64,000 nucleotides of DNA, from positions 7,155 to 71,154 of the forward strand of contig MGGS01000002.1 in the NCBI GenBank assembly GCA_001792535.1, read 5' to 3'. The stretch comes from Candidatus Woesebacteria bacterium RIFCSPHIGHO2_02_FULL_42_20. Its GTDB lineage: Bacteria; Patescibacteriota; Microgenomatia; UBA8517. The notes under the pieces are model-generated. The model was given only the letters and a program-made list of their open reading frames with translations. It ran no database searches and had not been told where the DNA came from. The position numbers and the translations under genes were made by a program. Shown here piece by piece: positions 47,612-57,900 of the stretch. Position 1 is the stretch's first letter. Each line of letters starts with the position of its first letter.

Positions 47612-47856
47612 TGGAAAGCGTACAAGTAATACTGGTGATAGTTGTGGTTTCGCTGACAATTCTTTTCCTTGCCGTGGGTTTTCAGGTTTTTTTAATCATG
47701 CTTGACCTTCGCCGAGCAGTTAAGCGCTTAAATTCGCTTTTGGAAGATTCAATACTCGGGGGTGGGTTACTTCGTCCCGAGAAACTAACAAGTATTTTAG
47801 AAGTGTTTAGACGAAAAAAGAGCCCTTCCGACACCCGCGAGAAAGGCGAGAGTTAG
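47611..47856 (+). CDS. small membrane protein (hypothetical)
   Basis: 81 aa; one TM; TAATG overlap with rodZ-like stop. Confidence 0.35.
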   Translation: MESVQVILVIVVVSLTILFLAVGFQVFLIMLDLRRAVKRLNSLLEDSILGGGLLRPEKLTSILEVFRRKKSPSDTREKGES

Positions 47857-47890
47857 TTTACTCGCAAAGTGGTTTGATCCTTGATTCTTG

Positions 47891-47918
47891 CGTATCGATG
47901 TATCAATTCATCGATACG
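47891..47918. terminator. perfect 10-bp inverted repeat between convergent genes (possible bidirectional terminator or protein-binding palindrome)
   Basis: CGTATCGATG-TATCAATT-CATCGATACG; weak U-tracts. Confidence 0.35.
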
Positions 47919-47935
47919 AATAAGATGGACTCGAT

Positions 47936-48307
47936 TTATTTGTACTTGGAATGAGTTTTTAGAAGCTTCTTGTCAAAGCTTTTAAGCTGAGATTTTGAGT
48001 TAAGGACCTCGGCTAGTAATAACGAGTCGTAAAAACTTACCCTTTCATTTTTATAAATATTGAGAGACAAAGGCACGAAAGATGAAGTTGAAACGTTGGG
48101 CTGCTTTATCAAGGAAATTAAAACATTACACAACTCTTTTTTGTTTGCCTTGTAGTGTGTCTCAAGAATATAAACTACTTCAGCCAGTACAATATTGGCA
48201 ATATAAATTTTGTCATTTTCAATAATTTTCTTTGCGGTTTCTGCTTGGACTTTTATATCTTTGGTTAGAAAGCGGACGAGGTAGTTTGTGTCCAGGTATG
48301 TAGCCAT
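47936..48307 (-). CDS. PIN-domain toxin (VapC-like)
   Basis: 123 aa; MATYLDTNYLVRFL N-terminal acidic-residue strand; C-terminal SFYDSLLLAEV. Confidence 0.75.
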   Translation of the reverse strand: MATYLDTNYLVRFLTKDIKVQAETAKKIIENDKIYIANIVLAEVVYILETHYKANKKELCNVLISLIKQPNVSTSSFVPLSLNIYKNERVSFYDSLLLAEVLNSKSQLKSFDKKLLKTHSKYK

Positions 48308-48308
48308 T

Positions 48309-48548
48309 TTATCTGTCTGAAAATAGACCCTTTTTTATCAAATCGTTCATTTTCTTAAAAGAAAGTGGTTTGACTTTGGAGCTTTTTAGTGATCCATAAA
48401 GTTGGTCTATCGATAGTAGTTTTTCGATAACGAATTTACCTCCGATTTTATTAAAAATGATCTTGTCGGAGGGTTTAACGTTTAGTTCCCTCCTGATATT
48501 AACAGGAAGGGTAACCTGGCCTTTAACAGTTAAGGTGGATGTTAACAT
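48309..48548 (-). CDS. AbrB/MazE-family antitoxin
   Basis: 79 aa; LTVKGQVTLPVNIRRELNVKPSDKIIF. Confidence 0.7.
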   Translation of the reverse strand: MLTSTLTVKGQVTLPVNIRRELNVKPSDKIIFNKIGGKFVIEKLLSIDQLYGSLKSSKVKPLSFKKMNDLIKKGLFSDR

Positions 48549-48566
48549 ATACTTACATACTAAAAC

Positions 48567-48596
48567 AAGTATTACTTTTTGTCAATAGTAATACTT
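48567..48596. promoter_or_regulatory. 10-bp perfect inverted repeat just upstream of the antitoxin gene (candidate operator)
   Basis: AAGTATTACT-TTTTGTCAAT-AGTAATACTT, 19 nt upstream of antitoxin ATG. Confidence 0.45.
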
Positions 48597-48658
48597 TACT
48601 ATTAATTAGGAGTAAAAACTTCTGTATGTTTTGACGAGTAGAATGATACTTTATTTGA

Positions 48659-50497
48659 TTGTATAATAGCTTCACGGTGACGAGTAACGAAGTTAGGAAA
48701 AAATATATTGATTTTTTTGTTAAAAGGGGACATGTGGAAATTCCGCCGGCTCCGCTTGTTTTAGAAAATGATCCAACTACTCTTTTTACTTCAAGCGGTA
48801 TGCAGCCACTTGTTCCCTATTTGATGGGTGAGCCTCATCCAAAGGGCAAGCGATTAGTTAATTCCCAGCCGTCTGTTCGAGCCCATGGAAAGAATGACGA
48901 TATGTTGGAGGTTGGTGACAACAGACATTTAACTGTTTTTGAAATGCTTGGGAATTGGAGTTTGGGTGATTACTTTAAGGAGGAACAGCTCCCTTGGTTT
49001 TTGGAATATCTGACAAAACAACTTGGCCTCTCTAGGGCTAGTCTTTGGGTATCGATTTTTGAAGGTTATAAAAATATTCCAAAAGATATCGTTTCATTTG
49101 AGATATGGAAAAAGTTGGGTATAGCGGAGAATAGAATTTTATATTACGACGTTAAGAAGAATTGGTGGAGCCGCTCTGGAACTCCCGACGAAATGCCAAC
49201 AAATGAAATCGGCGGCCCGACATCTGAAGTGTTTTTTGACTTTGGTGAGAATTTGGGAATTCATGAAAAATCTCCTTTTAAGGTTGATAAATGCCATCCA
49301 AATTGCGATTGTGGCAGATTTTTGGAAATTGGAAACTCGGTTTTCATGCAATATATCAAAACGAAAGACGGCTCGCTAAAGGAGTTGCCTCAGAAGAACG
49401 TTGACTTCGGCGGCGGGCTGGAAAGACAGGCGGCTGCTGTAAATAATGACCCAGATACTTTTAAAACAGATTTATTTTTTAGCCTGATATCAATCATTGC
49501 TAAAAATGTTGGTGAGGATTACGACAAGTCAGGAAACAAGAATGCTTATCGAATAATCGCTGACCATCTTAAGGCTTCAACTTTTCTAGCAGTTAACGGC
49601 GTGGTTCCATCCAACAAGGAGCATGGCTATATACTTCGCCGATTGCTAAGAAGAGCGATAGTTAAGACACATTTGCTAAATAGCGAGATTGATCCCGTAC
49701 CAATGTTTTGGCAACTTGCACAAGAGACTACTGAGATTTATGACGACGTTTACATGGATTCAAAGAAAGATGGGAAAATTGTAGGCGAAATATTTAAAGA
49801 TGAAGTTGAAAAATTCAATAGGAGTCTTGATCGAGGGCTAAAGATAATTAACACTAAAGAAAAAATTGGCGCGAAGGAAGCCTTTGATTTATATCAGTCA
49901 CAAGGCTTTCCTCTGGAACTAATTGAAGAACTTATGGCTGAGAAAGGCCAAAAAATAGACAAAGAGGAATTTAAAAAAGAATTTGAAAAACACCAAGAAA
50001 AGTCCAGAACTGCCGGTCGTGGCATGTTCAAAGGCGGGCTTGGGGGACATTCGGAAACGGAAATTAAATATCACACTGCGACTCATTTATTACATCAGGC
50101 CTTGCGGGATGTCTTGGGTGATCATGTTCACCAAGCAGGAAGCAACATTAATTCCGACCGCTTGAGATTTGATTTCACTCACCCAACAAAGCTTACAGAA
50201 GAAGAAATCAAAAAAGTAGAGAACGAAATTAATTCAAAAGTCGACGAGGATTTGAAAGTGATTAGAGAGGAAATGCCAAAAGAGGAAGCCCTCAAAAAAG
50301 GCGCTTTGGCATTTTTCCCCGAGCGCTATCCCGACATGACATCCGTTTATACAATCGGGGAAGTCGATAAGCCTTACAGCATGGAACTTTGCGGCGGGTC
50401 GCATGTAACTTCGACTGGCGTAATCGGGCGTGTTAGAATAAAAAAGCAGGAATCCGTAAGCTCCGGCGTTAGGCGGATTTATGCGCTTTTAGAATAA
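48659..50497 (+). CDS. alaS: alanyl-tRNA synthetase (compact form with editing-domain zinc motifs, no C-Ala domain)
   Basis: FEMLGNWSLGDYFK class II motif region; HTATHLLHQAL and CGGSHV editing-site motifs; likely start GTG 48677 (TATAAT 48662-48667 9 nt upstream). Confidence 0.88.
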   Translation: MYNSFTVTSNEVRKKYIDFFVKRGHVEIPPAPLVLENDPTTLFTSSGMQPLVPYLMGEPHPKGKRLVNSQPSVRAHGKNDDMLEVGDNRHLTVFEMLGNWSLGDYFKEEQLPWFLEYLTKQLGLSRASLWVSIFEGYKNIPKDIVSFEIWKKLGIAENRILYYDVKKNWWSRSGTPDEMPTNEIGGPTSEVFFDFGENLGIHEKSPFKVDKCHPNCDCGRFLEIGNSVFMQYIKTKDGSLKELPQKNVDFGGGLERQAAAVNNDPDTFKTDLFFSLISIIAKNVGEDYDKSGNKNAYRIIADHLKASTFLAVNGVVPSNKEHGYILRRLLRRAIVKTHLLNSEIDPVPMFWQLAQETTEIYDDVYMDSKKDGKIVGEIFKDEVEKFNRSLDRGLKIINTKEKIGAKEAFDLYQSQGFPLELIEELMAEKGQKIDKEEFKKEFEKHQEKSRTAGRGMFKGGLGGHSETEIKYHTATHLLHQALRDVLGDHVHQAGSNINSDRLRFDFTHPTKLTEEEIKKVENEINSKVDEDLKVIREEMPKEEALKKGALAFFPERYPDMTSVYTIGEVDKPYSMELCGGSHVTSTGVIGRVRIKKQESVSSGVRRIYALLE

Positions 50498-50506
50498 AAT
50501 CTGTCC

Positions 50507-52642
50507 ATGAGTTTGATTAAATTTGGCTTAAAAGAAGCCGACAAAGAGCATTACTGGACCTTAATAATTGAAGAAGGCTGGGTCCAGAGTGCCATTTGGA
50601 AAATTGACGAAAAAGACGAGGAGGCACAGGTTGTTTCATTTAGCTCTCCTGTTCGCTTCGAAAGCGATGATGACTTGGTTGAAACCGTTGATACTTCTCT
50701 TTCGGCTACAATTCAAAGCTTACCCAAGGAATTCCCTGAGCCGTCAAAAACTGTTTTTGGGGTACCTTCCTCATGGGTGAACAATGGTCAAATAGTGCCG
50801 GAGCACTTGGAGAAAATAAGGCACATCTGCTCAAAGCTTTCCTTAGCACCTACCGGATTCGTCGTACTGTCTGAAGCTATTGCGTTTTTAACTAAGACAC
50901 AAGAAGGTTCTCCGCTAAGTGCCGTGGTAATTGGCCTGACAGCTACAAGCCTTGAACTAAGCATTTTTAAGCTTGGCAAGTTGATTGGCAATACCAAGGT
51001 GGCTCGAAGTGTATCTTTATTTGACGACGCGGTTGAAGGTGTTTCGCGCTTTACTGACGGGATGCCTTTGCCTTCGCGGTTTTTAGTTTATGACGGTAAA
51101 GAGGGCGAAATGGATGAGGCCAAAGAAGCGCTTATTTCTGCTGACTGGTCAGCTAATACTTCTGATAAGGTTAAATTTATTCACTCTCCCAAAGTTGAAA
51201 CAGTGAGTGTTAATGATAAGATTCTGGCAGTTTCGTTGGCTGGTTCTTCTGAGATCGGAAAAGTGAAAAGTGTCATAATGACGGGCATAAAAAGCGAAGA
51301 TGCGGAGGAAAAGGTTGAAGTAACCGATGTGGTAAGTAATATCCGTGAAAACGAAATTACAGCAGGCGACTTGGGATTTGTAAATGATGAAGATGTTGTT
51401 ATCGAGGAAAAAATTCCCGTCTCTGAAACCAAAGTCCATAAAGTAACACCGAAATTTAAAAATCCGTTCGCTTTTCCGAAGTTTAAGGTGAGCTCGGGCG
51501 GATCGTCCGGTAAAAAAATGCTAATCGTCGGGTTTTTACTGTTTTCTGTGATTATTATAGGTCTTACTTTGGCTTGGTGGTTTTTACCTAAGGCAACAGT
51601 CACCATTTTTGTCTCCCCCAAAACCTTGCAGGAAAAAGACACCATCTCAATAGATATAAATGCAACGGGGGCCAATCTGGAGGCGAAAGTTATTCCCGGC
51701 AGAATAGAAAAAGTCAAGGTAGATGGTAGTAAAACAAAGTCGGTAACAGGTACCAAAGTTGTTGGTGATAAAGCTAAAGGAACCGTCAAAGTCAGAAACG
51801 GCACGCCGACCGACGTCAGTTTTGCCGCCGGTACCGTTATGGAAGGGCCGAATGGGTTAAAGTTCGGCCTAGATGAGTCGGTGTCGGTTTCAAGCGCAAT
51901 TTCGCCGACTTTACCGGGGACAGAAAATGTTTCGGTTACTGCCGAAGCCATTGGTTCGGAATATAACTTGGCTAAGGACGAAACGTTTAAAATGAGTAAT
52001 TATCCGAAAAGTGAGATTGACGCGGTTGGTGAGGCCGATTTTTCTGGAGGTAGTAGCCGTGAAATTTCGGCTGTTTCGCAAGATGATGTTGAGCAGCTTG
52101 AGAAGAGTTTAACGGATGAACTTGAAGATCAGGCCGAAGAAAAAATGATGGCTACGCTTGCTGCGGACGAAAGTTTTATCGAAGGCACTGTGACTTCGAG
52201 TGTTGCCGAGAGGGAGTTTGATCATAAAGTCGGGGACGAGGCTGCAAGTGTCGAACTGTCTTTGTCATTGGAAGTAAGCGCTTTAGTCGTGGACAGCATC
52301 GACTTAGATGGCCTTGCATCAAAGCTTTTGGAAGACCAGACCCCTCAAGGATTTTTGTTCAGAAATGAACAAGTGGATAAGACTTTTAAATTAGAAGGTC
52401 AGAGCAATGGTGTTTATAAGGTTACGATTAGCTTTGTGGCCAATCTTTTGCCCAATCTTAAAGTAGACGAAATTGCGAGTAAAATTTCGGGTAAGTATAC
52501 GGACGTGGCAAGCAATTATTTGCAAACGATACCAGGATTTAAAAAAGCCCAAATCAGTATTAACCCGAGGTTCCCTGGTAAGCTTGGTACTTTACCAAAT
52601 GTAAAAAATAATATATCAATAGAGATCTCTGCGAGTAAGTAA
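50507..52642 (+). CDS. membrane protein: N-terminal actin-like (PilM/FtsA-like) cytoplasmic domain, one TM, ~370-aa extracellular domain
   Basis: 711 aa; TVFGVPSSWVNNGQIVPEHLEKIRHICSKLSLAPTGFVVLSEAIAFL resembles actin/Hsp70-fold connect motif; TM MLIVGFLLFSVIIIGLTLAWWF at ~aa 335. Confidence 0.45.
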   Translation: MSLIKFGLKEADKEHYWTLIIEEGWVQSAIWKIDEKDEEAQVVSFSSPVRFESDDDLVETVDTSLSATIQSLPKEFPEPSKTVFGVPSSWVNNGQIVPEHLEKIRHICSKLSLAPTGFVVLSEAIAFLTKTQEGSPLSAVVIGLTATSLELSIFKLGKLIGNTKVARSVSLFDDAVEGVSRFTDGMPLPSRFLVYDGKEGEMDEAKEALISADWSANTSDKVKFIHSPKVETVSVNDKILAVSLAGSSEIGKVKSVIMTGIKSEDAEEKVEVTDVVSNIRENEITAGDLGFVNDEDVVIEEKIPVSETKVHKVTPKFKNPFAFPKFKVSSGGSSGKKMLIVGFLLFSVIIIGLTLAWWFLPKATVTIFVSPKTLQEKDTISIDINATGANLEAKVIPGRIEKVKVDGSKTKSVTGTKVVGDKAKGTVKVRNGTPTDVSFAAGTVMEGPNGLKFGLDESVSVSSAISPTLPGTENVSVTAEAIGSEYNLAKDETFKMSNYPKSEIDAVGEADFSGGSSREISAVSQDDVEQLEKSLTDELEDQAEEKMMATLAADESFIEGTVTSSVAEREFDHKVGDEAASVELSLSLEVSALVVDSIDLDGLASKLLEDQTPQGFLFRNEQVDKTFKLEGQSNGVYKVTISFVANLLPNLKVDEIASKISGKYTDVASNYLQTIPGFKKAQISINPRFPGKLGTLPNVKNNISIEISASK

Positions 52643-52644
52643 AT

Positions 52645-53316
52645 ATGCGAAGAACTCTGTCAAAAATTGCATCGGTTATTTTGGGTTTGGTGGGGATTTT
52701 TATGCTTGCCTCTACTCTCTTTCCGATTTTTTCGTACGAAATCTCAACACGCGATACCTTTTCCAATTATTTGTCTCCTGTTCCCGAAGGCGATATGGTA
52801 ATATTTGAAGCGTCGGGGGATGATCTGACTTTGGCGAGCAACTGGTTTGAAGGTGGGGCTGCGAGAGAAGATTTTGCCAATGTCGGTAACATTGACTATT
52901 ATACACTTTCTATCCCAAAGTTTGGAATTGAAAACGCGACTGTGTCCGTCGGCGGGGAAGACTTAGCCGAAAGCTTAATCCAGTATCCGGGTACTGCTCT
53001 TCCCGGGAAAATGGGGAATACTGTAATTTTTGGCCACTCGATTCTGCCTCAATTTTTTAACCCCAAAAGCTATCTATCAATTTTCTCCAGGCTGCCCGAG
53101 CTTAAAAAAAATGACGAGATAGAGGTTTATTATGATGGCATAGCTTATCTTTATAGAGTTGTAGATTTGGTGGAAGTAGATCCGGATAATTTAAATGTGT
53201 TGGAACAGCGATGGGGAGATGCATTTTTGAGTCTTGTCACTTGTGTCCCCCCGGGAGACCCCAGAAAACCCAGAAGACTAGTTGTTAGGGCAAAAGTAGT
53301 TCCTCCAGAAAAATGA
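52645..53316 (+). CDS. sortase (transpeptidase)
   Basis: 223 aa; N-terminal TM anchor; TLSIPKFGI, VIFGHS (catalytic His), SLVTCVPPG (TLxTC catalytic Cys), RLVVRA (conserved Arg). Confidence 0.75.
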   Translation: MRRTLSKIASVILGLVGIFMLASTLFPIFSYEISTRDTFSNYLSPVPEGDMVIFEASGDDLTLASNWFEGGAAREDFANVGNIDYYTLSIPKFGIENATVSVGGEDLAESLIQYPGTALPGKMGNTVIFGHSILPQFFNPKSYLSIFSRLPELKKNDEIEVYYDGIAYLYRVVDLVEVDPDNLNVLEQRWGDAFLSLVTCVPPGDPRKPRRLVVRAKVVPPEK

Positions 53317-53690
53317 GGTTTATTGGAATAGACTATGGCGCAAGCAAAATTGGGCTAGCCTCTTCGGAGACTAAAATCGCTGAGCCGTTAACTGTGCTGC
53401 GAGGAAATCGCCTTTTTGAAAGAACTGTCGATTTGATTAAAAAATATTCTCCGGAAATGGTTGTCGTAGGTATATCAGAAAATGAGTCGGGCAAGCAGTC
53501 CAGGGAATTTGCAAGACGGCTTTCCAAAACTACCGGTATTAAGACCGTTTTGGAAGACGAAACTCTTAGCACCTACGAGGCGCAAAATCTGGCGAGACTG
53601 CAAAACATAGGTAGACGTCGTCGGAGTAAGTTGGAGGATGCATTCGCTGCAACTATTGTGTTACAATCTTATCTAGACAAAAATGTTTAA
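53313..53690 (+). CDS. ruvX: Holliday junction resolvase-like RuvX/YqgF
   Basis: 125 aa; MRFIGIDYGASKIGLA RNase H-fold start. Confidence 0.85.
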   Translation: MRFIGIDYGASKIGLASSETKIAEPLTVLRGNRLFERTVDLIKKYSPEMVVVGISENESGKQSREFARRLSKTTGIKTVLEDETLSTYEAQNLARLQNIGRRRRSKLEDAFAATIVLQSYLDKNV

Positions 53691-53883
53691 AAATGTAATT
53701 GCTCCCATTCAAGCTTGGCTCTTGTCGCAAGGCAAGTGTGTTGGCTGTTCAACACTTTTGGCTAAGGGTAAAAAAGAGAAGCATCCCAATGGTGAAAAAG
53801 TTACTTGTGTAAAATGCGGTAGGATCTATATTTACGACTCTAAAACCAAAAAATACCGCCGCGCGCTTCTTGACGAAGTTTAG
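53683..53883 (+). CDS. small zinc-ribbon protein (CxxC...CxxC)
   Basis: 66 aa; CVGC ... CVKC; overlaps neighbours by a few nt. Confidence 0.35.
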   Translation: MFKNVIAPIQAWLLSQGKCVGCSTLLAKGKKEKHPNGEKVTCVKCGRIYIYDSKTKKYRRALLDEV

Positions 53884-54841
53884 ATTAATGAAAAAAAGCT
53901 TTTTGGTTTTCGTGGTTTTGTTGCTATTTGCTGTATCAACGGCTATTAGTGTGGTGGTTTGGTGGAATAGCGCGATGAAGGCACCGTCCAGCGATTCTTC
54001 AAAAACAAGATTTTTAATAACCAAGGGAATGAGTGCGGGAGAGATAGCCAAGAAACTTGAAGGTGAGGGGCTAATTAAAAGCGAACTAGCATTTAGGATT
54101 TATGTTCAGATTAACGACTTAAGCAAAAATATTCCCGCTGGTGAATATGACATTTCGAAAAATCTGGATTTAAAGGGAGTGATAAGTGCGCTTCTTGGCG
54201 GACCGTCGGAAGTTTGGGTGACTATTCCGGAAGGGCTGCGGCGCGAGGAAATTGCTAAAAAACTGGTCTTGGCGCTGGGTTTGACTTTAGACGAAGCTAA
54301 GTTGTTTGAAGGCGAGTTTTTGAGGTATTCTGCCGGCCTTGAGGGTTATCTTTTTCCGGATACTTATTTGTTTCCCAAAGACGTTGCCGCGGAAAAGGTT
54401 GTGGCCAGATTAAATGAAGTCTTTGGGACTAGGGCAGGCGAAATTTCCTCAAACCAAGTGATACTGGCTTCATTGATTGAGCGGGAAACCAAAGGTAACC
54501 AGGAAAAACCCGTCGTCGCGGGGATTATTTTAAAAAGACTCTCCGCCGATTGGCCTTTGCAGATTGACGCGACGGTTCAGTATGCTGTTGGTTCAGTTGA
54601 CGATTGGTGGCCGATATTAACACGGGAAGATTTGGAGATAAACTCTCCTTATAATTCGTACAAAAATCAAGGATTCCCTCCCACTCCGATTGCAAATCCG
54701 GGGCTTGCGTCAATTAATGCGGCTAAAAAACCCGAAGAGTCTGACTATTGGTTTTACCTTCATGACTCCTCGGGACAAATTCACTATGCTGCCACTCTTG
54801 AGGAACATAACGAAAATATAAGCAAGTATTTGGGAAAGTAG
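53870..54841 (+). CDS. mltG: endolytic murein transglycosylase MltG (YceG-like)
   Basis: 323 aa; N-terminal TM, YceG-like domain. Confidence 0.85.
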   Translation: MTKFRLMKKSFLVFVVLLLFAVSTAISVVVWWNSAMKAPSSDSSKTRFLITKGMSAGEIAKKLEGEGLIKSELAFRIYVQINDLSKNIPAGEYDISKNLDLKGVISALLGGPSEVWVTIPEGLRREEIAKKLVLALGLTLDEAKLFEGEFLRYSAGLEGYLFPDTYLFPKDVAAEKVVARLNEVFGTRAGEISSNQVILASLIERETKGNQEKPVVAGIILKRLSADWPLQIDATVQYAVGSVDDWWPILTREDLEINSPYNSYKNQGFPPTPIANPGLASINAAKKPEESDYWFYLHDSSGQIHYAATLEEHNENISKYLGK

Positions 54842-54848
54842 AGACCTC

Positions 54849-54932
54849 TTGACAAAGTAGATATCCTATATATAATTACCTTCAAGCCTACTGTTGTAGG
54901 TTGGTCCCGCGTCTGGTGTGCGGGCATTTTTA
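54849..54932 (+). promoter_or_regulatory. consensus sigma70 promoter plus leader hairpin/U-tract upstream of rpoB
   Basis: TTGACA (54849-54854)-16 nt-TATAAT (54871-54876); CCCGC-GTCTGGTGT-GCGGG + CATTTTTA at 54906-54932, 18 nt before rpoB ATG. Confidence 0.5.
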
Positions 54933-54949
54933 AGTTAAAAAAACTTGCG

Positions 54950-57900
54950 ATGAGCCGGCAGTCAAGAGTAAACTTTGGCAAAGCTGAAAAGAATTTACCC
55001 AAACTGGATTTGTTGTTGGTCCAAAAGCAGTCATGGGACTGGTTTTTGACGGAAGGTATTGAAAAAGAAATTGCGGAAGTTTCACCAATAAATGACTTTA
55101 CCGGAAAAAACTGGCGGTTAATTCTCTCTAATCACTCATTAGGCGCGTCTATAATTACGCCGCGGCTAGCCCGAGAAAAAGGACTCACATTTTCTTCTCC
55201 CTTCAAAGTTACTGCAACTCTCATTAATAAGCACACCGAAAAAGAAGTTTCCCAGGAAGTATTTTTAGGAGACATCCCCCAAATGACAAAATGGGGAACT
55301 TTTATTGTAAACGGCATCGAGCGGGCTGTAATTAATCAGATTGTCAGATCTCCCGGAGCATATTTCAGCGGGAACTTAGATGCTTTGTCAGGACGGATGC
55401 TTTATATATCCGAAATTAGACCTCTTCATGGTTCATGGCTGGAGTTTGAAGTAGGTAAATCCGATGTGATTGTTGCCAGAATAGATAGGCGGAAAAGGGT
55501 CCCGGTAACTGTTTTTTTGAGGGCCATGGGGTTATCCAGCGATGAAGAAATTAAAAAAACATTTGCTCAAGCAGATATTGACAAAAATCACCAGTATATC
55601 CAGAAAACTTTGGAAAAAGATTCTACAAAGTCTTCCGAAGAAGCTTTGATCGAAATCTATCGCAAAATGAGGCCGGGTGAGCCTTCGGTACTCGAGAACG
55701 CTCAAGAACTTTTTGAAGGACTGTTTTTAGATCCCCGAAGGTATGACTTGGGCAAAGTAGGTAGATACAAAATTAACAAGAAACTTGGGCTTAATGTCGA
55801 AAACGAAAAGAAAAATTGGGTTTTGACAAAAAACGACGTAGTTGGCGCATTAAACTATCTGATCGGACTGCAAAATAATCAGGGCAAAGTCGACGATATT
55901 GACCACCTTGCAAACCGAAGGCTTCGAAGGGTTGGAGAGCTCGTAGCGACTCATGCGTTCAGGGTTGGTTTTCTTAGACTTGAAAGGTCAATTAAAGAAA
56001 AAATGAGCCTCGTTTCAACCGCCGACAGACCGCTTCCTTCGCAATTAATTAATGCAAGGCCACTGATTGCTGCGATTAATGAATTCTTCAGGTCAAACCA
56101 ACTATCGACTATTCTGGACGACACCAATCCTCTGAGTGAAATAGATAACTTAAGGCGTGTTTCCGTACTTGGGCCGGGCGGGATAAATCGCGAGCGGGCG
56201 TCGTTTTCGATTCGGGACGTTAATTCTTCGCAGTATGGCAGGATTGACCCAGTGCGCTCTCCCGAAGGTCCTAACATTGGCTTAGTTACGTACTTGGCTC
56301 TTTATGCTCGCGTCAATGAATATGGATTTGTCGAGGCTCCTTACAGAAAGGTAGTAAAGGTAAAAAAAGAGGGCAGGGAGTTTTCTAAAATTACGGAGGA
56401 GATTATGTATTTGCAAGCCGATGATGAACAGGAAAGCAGAATTACCCATTGCGGTGTAAACGTCGACAAAGACGGACTAATAACAGATGACCGTGTGGCC
56501 TTTCGTTATAACGGACTTTTTACCGAAGGACCGAGTAATCTGGTCGATTATATAGATGTAACTCCACGACAGGTTTTTGGAACTTCCGCTTCACTTATTC
56601 CCTTTCTTGCCCACGATGAAGGCAACAGGGCTTTGATGGGGTCGAATATGCAATGTCAAGCCGTGCCTCTCATAACTCCGAGTGCCCCGGTTATCGGTAC
56701 CGGAATGGAAAGTTTTGTCGCGGACTCCATGGGTAAGGTGGTCCAGGTGGCTTATCCGGGAAAAGTGGTTTATGCGGATGCGGAAAGGGTGGAAGTAGCA
56801 CTGGACAAGAAAGTGAATGGCCAACCGGACGATTATGACATCGAAATAACGGACGCTGGCAAGAAGGCCGTTTACCACATCACAAAATTTAGGCGGACAT
56901 CTCATTCTACTTGTTATAACCAGAAGGTAAAAGTAAATGTTGGTGATAGGGTAAAAACAGGAGATTTATTGGCGGATGGCCCGGCAGTCGATGGCGGGGA
57001 GCTCTCGTTAGGGCAAAACCTGGTCATAGCCTACGCCTCGTTTGAGGGTTATGGATTTGAGGACGCGGTTTTGGTTTCCAGTAGGCTTGTAAAGGATGAT
57101 TTACTAACATCAATCCATATCGAGGAATATTCAGCTGATGTGGTAGAGACAAAACTTGGACCGGAGGAGCTCACCAGAGACATCCCTAATGTTGCCGAAG
57201 CCGAACTTGCCAACCTCGCCGAAGATGGAATAATTGTCGTCGGCGCCGAAGTCGGCCCCAATGACATTTTGGTAGGCAAAATTGCCCCGAAGGGAGAGAC
57301 CGAGTTAACCAGCGAAGAAAGATTGCTTCGTGCTATTTTCGGTGAAAAGGCGAGGGAGGTAAGGGATACTTCACTTCGCGTACCTCACGGCGAGAAAGGG
57401 ATGGTTGTGGATGTCTCGGTTTTAGACAAGGACAAAGGTGACGAACTTGGTCCGGGAGTAATCAAATCGGTGATTGTAAAAGTTGCCCAGATGAGAAAAG
57501 TCACAGTAGGGGATAAGCTTGCAGGAAGGCATGGTAACAAAGGGGTTATCGCAAAAATAATGCCGGTTTCGGATATGCCCTATCTGCCCGATGGTACTCC
57601 TGTTGATATTGTCATTTCACCGTTGTCGGTTCTTGCCCGTATGAACTTGGGGCAGTTATTGGAGGCTCATCTGGGGTTGGCGCTTACTAAAACAGGTCAG
57701 AAGGCAAGCTTGCCGGTTTTTGATAGGGTTTCCGAGGATATTTTGGTTAACGAACTTAAAAAAGCGAATTTGTCGGTCAGTGGTAAAACCAAATTGGTTG
57801 ATGGCCGGACAGGGGAGAGTTTTAAAGAGGATACGGTCGTGGGTGTAGGCTACATTATGAAGCTCACCCACATGGTCGAAGACAAGACACATGCTCGCTC

